The notes under the pieces were generated by a model, which saw only the letters and a program-made list of their open reading frames with translations, was not told the origin of the DNA and ran no database searches. Shown here in pieces: positions 49,933 to 58,408 of a stretch of DNA of 64,000 nt. Source of the DNA: an uncultured Chloroflexia bacterium (GTDB lineage Bacteria > Chloroflexota > Anaerolineae > JAAYZQ01); assembly GCA_963700285.1 (NCBI GenBank), contig CAVOXA010000010.1:416001-480000 (forward strand), read 5' to 3'. Numbering within the stretch: the stretch's first letter is position 1; every line of letters begins with the position of its first letter. A program made the translations under genes and the position numbers.

Positions 49933-50924
49933 AGTTTTTACAGGTAGGCCTGGGTTCCATGGGCAAGCGGCGCATTCGCTGCGTGCACGACCTGCGCGCG
50001 GGGGAGGTGATCGGCTTTGATCTGCGGGCCGATCGCCGTGAGGAAGCGGAGCGCCTGTACGGCATCCGCACGGTGCAAGACTTTGAGGCGGGCCTGGCGA
50101 CCGAGCCGGACGCTGTCATCATCTCCACCCCGCCCAACCAGCACGTCGAATACGGGCTGGCGGCGCTGGCCGCGGGCAAGCCGTTCTTTGCCGAAGAGAC
50201 GATCATGCTCGACCCGGGGGCGCTGGATCCGCTCATCGCCGCTGCTGAGACGAGCGGCTTACTCGCTGCCCCCAGTTGTACCATGCGTTCCCACCCAGCC
50301 ATCAAGCAGATCAAAAAAGTTCTCGAAAGCGGGGAAATCGGCCAGCCGTGGAACTTTAACGCCCACTGTGTAAGCTACCTGCCCGGCTGGCATCCCTGGG
50401 AGCGTGTCCAGGATTTCTACGTCCGCAGCCGGGTCAGCGGCGGCGGGCGGGAGATGGTGGCTTTCGAGCTGGACTGGCTGGAATGGCTTTTTGGACCGGT
50501 GACGTCTGTGGCTGCCGATATCGGCAAGAGATCGGACCTTCCTGCCGATATCGACGACACCTTCCAGATGTTGTGGCACTTTGCCGGGGGGCTGCCCGGC
50601 AGCCAGACCGTCAGTGTGGCCTACCACGTGCCGGGGCGGGGAATAGAGATCAGCGCTAGCGAGGGACAGATCATTTGGAACGGCCGCATCCACCAGGTTG
50701 CCGTCTATACCGCCGGCGACGGCAAGTGGCGGCGGTACATGGAAACGGACAGCTTGGTTTTTGGCTACGACCGCATGTACATCGAGGAGCTGGCTCACTT
50801 TGTCCGGGCCTTGCAGGGCCAAGAGAGCTATGGGCGCAGTTTTCGCGACGCGCAGCGGATGCTCCAGGTGTTGCGCGTAGTGGAGCGCAGCGCCAGCGAG
50901 GGTCGGCGGCTATTGTTGGCCTGA
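49929..50924 (+). CDS. Gfo/Idh/MocA-family oxidoreductase
   Basis: KFLQVGLGSMGKR, ISTPP..H, SYLPGWHPWE, GGG....ELD.L.WLFG and MYIEE..HF. Confidence 0.9.
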   Translation: MKFLQVGLGSMGKRRIRCVHDLRAGEVIGFDLRADRREEAERLYGIRTVQDFEAGLATEPDAVIISTPPNQHVEYGLAALAAGKPFFAEETIMLDPGALDPLIAAAETSGLLAAPSCTMRSHPAIKQIKKVLESGEIGQPWNFNAHCVSYLPGWHPWERVQDFYVRSRVSGGGREMVAFELDWLEWLFGPVTSVAADIGKRSDLPADIDDTFQMLWHFAGGLPGSQTVSVAYHVPGRGIEISASEGQIIWNGRIHQVAVYTAGDGKWRRYMETDSLVFGYDRMYIEELAHFVRALQGQESYGRSFRDAQRMLQVLRVVERSASEGRRLLLA

Positions 50925-51060
50925 GCGAGGGTTGCACGCGCATTCTGGATCGAGCAGCGTCGAGGATAGCGCTAGTTGGCAGAAGATTCGATGCTCATCG
51001 AAGCTGTACCTCAGGGGGACTGACAGGGTGGGGGGGATTGCCCAGGCAAAGAGACAGGCC

Positions 51061-51248
51061 GTGTTGGTTCAGAGTGCGGGGTACCGCATCCACGAACACT
51101 ATGAAACAAGGAGAGTTCCACGATGAACAGGTTGACTGTCAGCGAAGTGGAGCAAATCCAACGAGCGACCGAAGATCTGCTGGAAAACGTCGGTGTGCAG
51201 GTGATGCACGATGGGCTGCTGCAACGCGCCCGGGCCGGGGGGGCGCAG
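51061..51248 (+). repeat. 188-bp diverged direct repeat, copy 2
   Basis: Matches 49658-49845. Confidence 0.9.
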
Positions 51249-52526
51249 GTGGACGAGGCCAGCGGCGTGGTGCGCCTGCCGGCGGCGCTGTTGCGGGAGT
51301 TGCTAGCCCATGCGCCGGCGCAGTACCAAATCTCCGACCTGTTTGGCAACGAGTTTACCGTTGGTGGCGAACAGAGCGGTTGTCTGGCCATTGTTACTGA
51401 CCCGTGGATCATTGATTTTGCGACGCAGCGGCCGCGCCGGCCCTGCCTGGAGGACCTACGACGGCACACCATCATCGCCCAGAAACTGGAATCGGTGGTG
51501 GCTGTCAGTTGCATGGACTACCCTGTCACCGATGTGGAAGGGCCTACCTCCAACCTGCGTGCATTTCAAGAGCATCTGACTCACTATAGCAAGCACATCT
51601 ACATCCTGCCCACATCGGTGGAGAGTTTTGAGCGCTGGCTGGCGATCGGCGAGGTTCTGACCCAGGAGAGAGAACTGATCGGGAGCAGGCTCTTTACCAT
51701 CGGCATTCCAGTGCTTTCGCCACTGCGACTCACCGAAGCCAACGCCGAGCTGCTGATCAGGTCCTGCGCCTACGATTTTCCCATCGTGTCCACCGTCTGC
51801 CCCATGGCCGGGACGACCGGGCCCTACAACCAGATGGGAACACTGCTGTTGGGCAACGCCGAGAACGCCTTTCTGGCAGCCATGACGCAGATCGTCCGGC
51901 CCGACCAGCCATACCTCTACGCCCAGGGTCCTTCGCGGACCGAGATGAAGTCGGGCGACGACATGTATTACACCCTGGACAAGGTGCTCTGGAAACTTGG
52001 GGCTGCACAACTGGGCCAGGCCTACAACCTGCCGGTGTCCTCAGAGTGCGGCGGCACAATGACCTACCGCTACGACCAGCAGAACGGTGCCGAAGGGATG
52101 CTCTTTATGCTGGCGGCCTGTGAGTCAGGGGCAACTCTCCTGGCCGGGATCGGTTCCTGCTACAACGCCGTCGGCATGTCGGCAGAGATGATGGTCATCC
52201 AGACAGCCTGGCTGGAAGCAGCCAGGTTCCTGGATCGAGGCATAGACAGTGAGGGGTTGGGCCCGGCGCTGGACAGCATCAAGCGGGTCGGCCCGGGCGG
52301 ACACTATCTGGCCGACGAGCTGACACTCAAAACCCTGCGCACCGGTGAGTTCTTTGAGCAGGAGATCTTTGATCACACCGGCGCCTACGGACCCTACCCC
52401 TCCATGCTGGAACGAGCTCACGCGAAAGTGGAGCAGATGGTGTCCGGCTTTGAGAGTCCCCTGCCTGGCCAGGTCCAGGAGGATCTGAGGCGCCATTTTC
52501 ACGATCTGTACGAGAAGCTGGGGTAG
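51123..52526 (+). CDS. MttB-superfamily (trimethylamine methyltransferase family) corrinoid methyltransferase, non-pyrrolysine
   Basis: I..AT..LLENVG, SPL, PMAG.T.P....GTL...NAE.., YNLP, D.Q.G.E and VGPGGHYL....T. No in-frame amber codon. Confidence 0.85.
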   Translation: MNRLTVSEVEQIQRATEDLLENVGVQVMHDGLLQRARAGGAQVDEASGVVRLPAALLRELLAHAPAQYQISDLFGNEFTVGGEQSGCLAIVTDPWIIDFATQRPRRPCLEDLRRHTIIAQKLESVVAVSCMDYPVTDVEGPTSNLRAFQEHLTHYSKHIYILPTSVESFERWLAIGEVLTQERELIGSRLFTIGIPVLSPLRLTEANAELLIRSCAYDFPIVSTVCPMAGTTGPYNQMGTLLLGNAENAFLAAMTQIVRPDQPYLYAQGPSRTEMKSGDDMYYTLDKVLWKLGAAQLGQAYNLPVSSECGGTMTYRYDQQNGAEGMLFMLAACESGATLLAGIGSCYNAVGMSAEMMVIQTAWLEAARFLDRGIDSEGLGPALDSIKRVGPGGHYLADELTLKTLRTGEFFEQEIFDHTGAYGPYPSMLERAHAKVEQMVSGFESPLPGQVQEDLRRHFHDLYEKLG

Positions 52527-52610
52527 AAGCGAGCGCGGCGAGGCATTGCCAGGAACGAGGACATGGAATGATGCCTGGCCAGAGGCAAGGCAGTTTCTTG
52601 GCCGCAGGTT

Positions 52611-52631
52611 GGGCAAGTTGGCAACTTGCCC
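52611..52631. repeat. REP-like palindrome
   Basis: GGGCAAGTTG-G-CAACTTGCCC, the same family as 33558-33578 with a compensatory change. Confidence 0.65.
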
Positions 52632-52663
52632 CGCTATTGGAGTTAAGGAGCGAGGGGATAACC

Positions 52664-53443
52664 ATGGGTGTATTGGAGAGTTTTTCTTTGGCTGGGCGAG
52701 TGGCGGTCGTGACAGGCGGAGCCGGGCTCTATGGGCGGCAGATCGTCGAGGCGCTGGCCGAGGCCGGGGCCTATGTCTTTGCGGCGAGCCGCAACCTCGG
52801 CGCTCTGGAGGAGCTAGCTTCCGAATTGGGCAAGAGGGGCTTGCAGGTGGAGGCCCGCCAGTTGGACCTGGCGAGCGAAGAATCGATTCTCGCCTTGTGC
52901 GATGCGATGATGGGGCAGATGGGCCGGGTGGACATCCTGGTCAACAACGCGGTGCTGCGCCCCATGCGCAGCCACGACGCACCCAAGGAGCAGTGGGAGC
53001 AGAGCATGGCGGTCAATGCCACCGGCCTGTTCCTGATCAGCCGCGCCTTTGGCCAGCTCATGGCCGGGGCTGGCCGGGGGAGCATCGTCAACATCGGCTC
53101 CATCCAGGGCATGATCGGGCCTGATGATTGGCTCTACGAAGAGGTGCCGTGGACCGGATTCATCCCCGACTATTTCTTCCACAAGGGTGGCATGCTCAAC
53201 CTGACGCGCTACATGGCCGCAGTTCTAGGCCCCAAGGGCGTCCGGGTGAACACCCTCAGTCCCGGCGGCTTTTTCAATAACCAGGGCGAGGGGTTTGTGT
53301 GGCGCTACGAGCGTCGCACTTTCCTGGACCGCATGGCCGACGAGACGGATCTCAAGGGAGCAGTTGTCTTTTTGGCCTCCGATGCCTCGGCCTATGTGAC
53401 CGGCGCTAATCTGGTCGTGGATGGTGGGTATACGGCCAAGTAG
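52664..53443 (+). CDS. SDR-family oxidoreductase (resembles PtmA-like nonulosonate-pathway SDRs)
   Basis: VTGGAGLYG, ILVNNA, GSIVNIGS, YxxxK (YFFHK), VRVNTLSPGG and VDGG. Confidence 0.9.
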   Translation: MGVLESFSLAGRVAVVTGGAGLYGRQIVEALAEAGAYVFAASRNLGALEELASELGKRGLQVEARQLDLASEESILALCDAMMGQMGRVDILVNNAVLRPMRSHDAPKEQWEQSMAVNATGLFLISRAFGQLMAGAGRGSIVNIGSIQGMIGPDDWLYEEVPWTGFIPDYFFHKGGMLNLTRYMAAVLGPKGVRVNTLSPGGFFNNQGEGFVWRYERRTFLDRMADETDLKGAVVFLASDASAYVTGANLVVDGGYTAK

Positions 53444-53551
53444 CTACACACAAATCATGACTCGGCCGGAAGCCTGGGTCTGATGACAGATCTTCGCCCT
53501 TCCACGAGAAGAGAGTTCGCCCAGCTTGAGCCCGGCATGGTGAGAGAGAAA

Positions 53552-54484
53552 ATGGAAAAGAGTATCCTCGATCTTGGTTTTTCGCGGCTGGCCGTGGGCA
53601 CGGTACAGTTCGGCCTGCCCTACGGGGTCGCCAACCGGACCGGTCAGCCCTCCTTCAAACAGGTCTGTGAGATCCTGGCCTGCGCCGTCGAGAACGGGGC
53701 GACGACGTTGGATACCGCGGCAGCCTACGGCGAGAGCGAGTCGGTCCTGGGGCGGGCGCTGCGCGAGATCGGCGCCCTGGATCAAGTGACCATCGTCAGC
53801 AAAGTGCGCCACCTCAAGACCATGGGACAGGAACACACCCCGGAGAACATTGAGCGCTGGATCCGGGACTCTGTGACCTCGTCGCTGCAGAACCTGGGCA
53901 TCGACAGCCTGCCGGTATGCCTCTTTCACGATACCGTCGACGTGGCCCACATGGACGTGCTGCTCGCGCTCAAGCGAGAGGGATTGGTGCAACACGCAGG
54001 GGTATCGGTGGTCAGGCCTGACCAGATGGAGATGGTCCTCTCTACTCCAGGTATGGAAGCCATCCAGGTTCCCATGAACATGCTGGACCAGCGCATCCAG
54101 CGTTCGGGGGATCTGGCCAGGGCGGCGGAGGCCGGGATGGCGGTGTTCGTGCGCAGCATCTACTTGCAGGGCCTGCTGGTCATGCCCCTGGACGGGATCA
54201 TGCCGGCGCTGCACCAGGTCGTGCCTGTTCGCCAGGTACTGCAGCAGATCGCCGGCGATGCGGGCTTGACGATGCCCGAGATGGCCCTGCGCTATGGCCT
54301 GTCCCTGCCCGGGGTGACCAGCATATTGACCGGCGTGGAAACCGTGGAGCAGATGGAGGCCAACGCCAAGATCGCCACCCGGGGCCCTCTGCCACCGGAG
54401 GTCGTCAGCGCAGTCGACGGGGCTGTGCCTGATCTGTCAGACACCATCGTTCTCTCACCCTGGCTGTGGCCGGGGTCGATGTGA
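53552..54484 (+). CDS. Aldo/keto reductase
   Basis: LAVGTVQFGLPYG..N, DTAAAYGESE..LG, GVSV, IQVP.N.LD and RSIYLQGLL. Confidence 0.9.
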   Translation: MEKSILDLGFSRLAVGTVQFGLPYGVANRTGQPSFKQVCEILACAVENGATTLDTAAAYGESESVLGRALREIGALDQVTIVSKVRHLKTMGQEHTPENIERWIRDSVTSSLQNLGIDSLPVCLFHDTVDVAHMDVLLALKREGLVQHAGVSVVRPDQMEMVLSTPGMEAIQVPMNMLDQRIQRSGDLARAAEAGMAVFVRSIYLQGLLVMPLDGIMPALHQVVPVRQVLQQIAGDAGLTMPEMALRYGLSLPGVTSILTGVETVEQMEANAKIATRGPLPPEVVSAVDGAVPDLSDTIVLSPWLWPGSM

Positions 54485-54543
54485 GGTTGTCCTTATCGGC
54501 TACTGTTTGGAGCTGGCCAGGAACGAGCATCTCTTTGCAATAC

Positions 54544-54572
54544 TTGACATTGCGCATCGCCTGTGATATAAT
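54544..54572 (+). promoter_or_regulatory. Consensus sigma70 promoter upstream of the ABC transporter operon
   Basis: TTGACA (54544-54549), 17 bp spacer, TG-N-TATAAT (54567-54572). Confidence 0.8.
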
Positions 54573-55043
54573 TCCCGGTGCCCATTGGGGAGGGAGCGTC
54601 CAGTTTATGGCAAGTCATGCTCATTGTTGCAAACATCATGGAACATTGCAGTCTCCCTTCCCTGCTCTTCTTTTCGCCCACTGATGATCTGATCGAGAAC
54701 GAGGGTGTCGTTTGTTTGGAGATGGCACCAAAGTCCGGTATCAAGGCCGGTCGTGCATATGCTAATGGGGCGCAATCCAGGACACTGCAGGAGCCAGAGG
54801 GGATCCCAGAAACGGCAGTCATCGTGCGTGGCGTAGCCTTGATCCGCAGGTACCTCACCCAAGCTCTTGGCGAGTAGGAAACCGTGCTAGCTATGGTCCA
54901 GTACTCCCCGGGAGAAGAACGTGGAAAGGAGGCGGAGGAAAACTGACAAGAGGGTGTCTCGTGGGTAAAGGGAGCGAACCATCACAAAAGCTCGCTCCGG
55001 CAGTTCTGATTTTGATCAACCAGACGAAAAAAGGGAGGAATAA

Positions 55044-56441
55044 ATGAAGAAGGTACTTGCGCTGTCCCTCGTATTGTTGATGCTATTGGTGCTGATCGCG
55101 GCCTGTGCGCCCTCGGAGCCACAGGTCGTCAAAGAGACCGTGGTGGTCGAAAAAGAGGTCGAAAAGGTCGTCGAGAAAGAGGTGGAGAAAGAAGTCGTGG
55201 TCACCGCCACCCCGGAACCCACGCCTTCCGAGCGCCCCCAGATGACCTTCTGGATGAACTACAACTTCCAGGAGGCCGTCAACGTTCTGGTCAAGAGCCA
55301 GGTACAGGAATGGGCCAAGGCCAACAACGTGGACGTCGACATCCTCATCGCCCCAGACACCGACCTGCACACCAAGTGGGCCGCCGGCATCGAAGCGCCG
55401 GAGACCCTGCCCGATGTCTCTACCATCTTTTACCAGTGGATGCCCAAGTTCTACGCCGCCGACCTGATGCTGGACGTGAGTGATGCATTTGAGGCGAGCA
55501 ATTCGCTGGCCGGCGGATTCTTCCCCGCAGCCAACGAGGTGGCCACCATTGACGGCAAGCAATACGGTGTCCCCTACATCGGTTCTGTGACCCCGGCCTA
55601 CTGGCGCACAGACAAGCTGGAAGCAGCCGGGCTAAGCGAGCCGCCCGCGACCTATGCCGAGATGAAGGATTGGTGCGAGAAGGTCAACGAGCCCGGGAAA
55701 TTCTGGTGCTATGGCCTCGGCCTTGGCGGGTACTCGGACAACGAAGTTCAGATGAGAAACCTCCTCTGGAGCTACGGCGCCAAGGTCACAGAAGAGGATG
55801 GCAAGACCATCGCCATCAACTCGCCCGAGACCCTCGAGGTACTCAACTGGCTCAAAGAGATGAACGACATGGGCTCCTTCCCACCCGATATGCTGGTCGC
55901 AGACGATGCCGGCAACAACAAGTACTACCAGACCGGTGTGGCCGGCGCAGTGGTCAACACCGGTAGCATTCTGGCCTGGATGCGCGAGAACGACGAGGAA
56001 CTTCTGAACAATACCGTGCTGGGCCCCAGCCCTGGCGGGCCGGCCGGAACGCACGCGGGTGGTGGCTTTGGTGCTGTGCTCGGCGCCTTTAGTACGACGG
56101 AGCACCCCGAGCTGGCAAAGAGCCTGATCGAATGGTTCACGCACCCCGATCGGGCCTGGGCCCGCGCCGAGGCGGTGAGTTTCGGCAACCTGCCCACCCA
56201 TGTGGATGCGGCCAAGGACCCGGTGTGGGAGGACCCCTACCTGAAGCCCTTTATCGAGCAGATCCAGTATGCGCACCCCGCCTGCTACCCTGGCCCCGCC
56301 AGTGTGGCCTGTGCCGAGGTGCAGAGCCAATTGGTACTGAGCCGCATGGCGCAGCGGGTGATCGATGGCAGCCAAACCCCAGAGGAATCGATGGCACAGG
56401 CTGAAGAAGAGATCATCAAGATCTACGAAGACAACCCGTAA
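55044..56441 (+). CDS. Sugar ABC transporter substrate-binding lipoprotein (CUT1)
   Basis: Lipobox IAAC, a VVKETVVVEKEV repeat linker, DGKQYGVP, YWRTD and a strong RBS. Confidence 0.92.
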   Translation: MKKVLALSLVLLMLLVLIAACAPSEPQVVKETVVVEKEVEKVVEKEVEKEVVVTATPEPTPSERPQMTFWMNYNFQEAVNVLVKSQVQEWAKANNVDVDILIAPDTDLHTKWAAGIEAPETLPDVSTIFYQWMPKFYAADLMLDVSDAFEASNSLAGGFFPAANEVATIDGKQYGVPYIGSVTPAYWRTDKLEAAGLSEPPATYAEMKDWCEKVNEPGKFWCYGLGLGGYSDNEVQMRNLLWSYGAKVTEEDGKTIAINSPETLEVLNWLKEMNDMGSFPPDMLVADDAGNNKYYQTGVAGAVVNTGSILAWMRENDEELLNNTVLGPSPGGPAGTHAGGGFGAVLGAFSTTEHPELAKSLIEWFTHPDRAWARAEAVSFGNLPTHVDAAKDPVWEDPYLKPFIEQIQYAHPACYPGPASVACAEVQSQLVLSRMAQRVIDGSQTPEESMAQAEEEIIKIYEDNP

Positions 56442-56472
56442 ACTCGGCAGAGAAATGAGATTCTGAGGCCAC

Positions 56473-56502
56473 GAGGGCGAGCACTCGCCAGTGCTCGCCC
56501 TC
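56473..56502 (+). terminator. Strong intergenic hairpin after the SBP gene (mRNA stabiliser/partial terminator)
   Basis: GAGGGCGAGCACT-CGCC-AGTGCTCGCCCTC forms a perfect 13-bp stem with no good U-tract. Confidence 0.6.
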
Positions 56503-56612
56503 TGTGTGCCAGGCCCAGGGATGGCGGTGCTCCAGCCGGGACGCGGTCCCGGGCTCGAATGTCTAGCAACGGTTCATTGTTTGGAAGTAGCATGCAAGAG
56601 GCAGGAGGTGGT

Positions 56613-57542
56613 ATGCAGGAGGCAAACAGGCTCCCACAACCAAGGGAGGGGATTCCCCAGAAACTGCGTCGCATCTTTGGGAGGGATGCTGGCCTCGGCT
56701 ATCTGATGCTGGTGCCCCTGGTGATTTTTGTGATAGGCATGCTGGCCTATCCTTTTTTCTACGCCCTGTATCTCTCATTTACGAAAAAGATCCTGGGGCA
56801 AGCGCCCATATTCATCGGTCTGGCGAACTATATCGAACTGCTCACGCAAGATCTTCGCTTCCGCAAGGTCGCCTTCAACAGCATCATCTATGCCCTGTCG
56901 GCCGTGGCCCTCAAATTGGGCTTTGGCATGATCATGGCCCTCGTCTTGAACCAACCCATCCGGGCCCGGGGCTTTTTCCGGGGGCTGCTGTTGCTGCCCT
57001 GGGTCATGCCTACGGTCGTCACAGCACTGACCTGGAACTGGATCTTTGACGGTACTTTTGGCGTACTGAACCACATTCTGCTGAGCCTGCACCTTGTCAG
57101 CGCGCCGATACCCTGGCTGGCCGACCGGACCATGGCCATGGTGGCCCTGATCCTGGTCAACGCCTGGCGCGGCTTCCCTTTCTTTGGGGTCAGCCTGCTG
57201 GCCGGGCTGCAGACCATTCCCCAGGAGCGGTACGAGGCAGCGGAGGTCGATGGGGCTTCTCTTTTCCAGCGTTTCCGCCATATCACGCTTCCCGGGCTGC
57301 GGGGGGTCATCATCGTCACCACGATGCTGTCCACCATCTGGACCTTCAACGACTTTGCGCTGCCCATGATCCTGACCCGTACCGGACCCAATGATGCCAC
57401 CAACATCTTTGGGACCTATACCTACCAGGTTGGCTTTATCGGCAGCCGGCTCGGCTACGGCATCGCGGCCACAGCGATCATGATGCCTTTCCTGTTTGCA
57501 CTTATCCTGTTTCTGAGCCCCATGATGTGGCGGGAGGAGTAG
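56613..57542 (+). CDS. Sugar ABC transporter permease
   Basis: FIGLANY, LLLPW and the EAA motif YEAAEVDGAS..QRF..ITLP. Confidence 0.93.
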   Translation: MQEANRLPQPREGIPQKLRRIFGRDAGLGYLMLVPLVIFVIGMLAYPFFYALYLSFTKKILGQAPIFIGLANYIELLTQDLRFRKVAFNSIIYALSAVALKLGFGMIMALVLNQPIRARGFFRGLLLLPWVMPTVVTALTWNWIFDGTFGVLNHILLSLHLVSAPIPWLADRTMAMVALILVNAWRGFPFFGVSLLAGLQTIPQERYEAAEVDGASLFQRFRHITLPGLRGVIIVTTMLSTIWTFNDFALPMILTRTGPNDATNIFGTYTYQVGFIGSRLGYGIAATAIMMPFLFALILFLSPMMWREE

Positions 57543-57546
57543 GGTC

Positions 57547-58392
57547 ATGATCAAGAGCCGAAAACTCCAACATCGCATCCAGATGGTTGTGACTTACTTT
57601 CTCCTCTTTGTTTATGTCATAGTGGTGCTTTTTCCACTCTATTGGGTCCTGCTCACCTCGGTGCGCACGCCCCGGCAGGTCTACAGCCCGGAAAGCATGC
57701 TCGTCCCCAACAATCCGACCCTGGCCAACTATGTGAAGCTGTTCTCGGGCACGCCCATGCCCAGTTGGATCCTGAACTCGATGATCGTGACTGGGGTGAC
57801 GACCTTTGCCAGCCTGCTCATCGCAATCTTTGCCGCCTATGCTCTGGCCCGTCTAAAGTTCCGAGGTGCTCAGACCCTGGGCAAATCTGTGCTGTTTATG
57901 TATCTGCTGCCCGCGACGTTGTTGTATATCCCTCTGTTCGTCCAGTTGAACAACATGCAGATCCTGAACACGCGGGCGGCGCTGTTTCTGACCTATCCCA
58001 CCTTCTTGCTACCATTCATTACCTGGCTGCTCTTTGGCTACTTTAAGAGCCTGCCCGAGGAGCTGGAGGATGCCGCGCGCATCGATGGTTGTTCACGATT
58101 CGGGGTCTTGTACAGGATCGTACTACCCCTGGCGGCGCCGGCCATCATTACGGCCGCGGTTTTTGGCATCACCAACGCCTGGAACGAGTTTCTCTATGCC
58201 CTGGTCTTTATCCAGAGCGACACCCTGTGGACCCTGCCCATCGGCATCCGGTCGTTCCAGCTGGCAGACACGATGTTGTGGGGCGTCACTATGGCCGCCG
58301 CGGTGTTGACTACCCTGCCCCCGATCATCGTCTACATGGTGATGGCCAAATACGTGGTAGGTGGTTTGACGGGCGGCGCTGTAAAAGGATAA
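57547..58392 (+). CDS. Sugar ABC transporter permease
   Basis: AAYALAR, the EAA motif ELEDAARIDGCS, and WNEFLYA. Confidence 0.93.
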   Translation: MIKSRKLQHRIQMVVTYFLLFVYVIVVLFPLYWVLLTSVRTPRQVYSPESMLVPNNPTLANYVKLFSGTPMPSWILNSMIVTGVTTFASLLIAIFAAYALARLKFRGAQTLGKSVLFMYLLPATLLYIPLFVQLNNMQILNTRAALFLTYPTFLLPFITWLLFGYFKSLPEELEDAARIDGCSRFGVLYRIVLPLAAPAIITAAVFGITNAWNEFLYALVFIQSDTLWTLPIGIRSFQLADTMLWGVTMAAAVLTTLPPIIVYMVMAKYVVGGLTGGAVKG

Positions 58393-58408
58393 TCACGGAG
58401 GACTAACC

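Noticed and set aside
55123-55220. Short tandem repeats (GAAAAAGAGGTC-like) as VNTR or CRISPR
   Set aside because: They encode the VEKEV linker of the lipoprotein and have no spacers.
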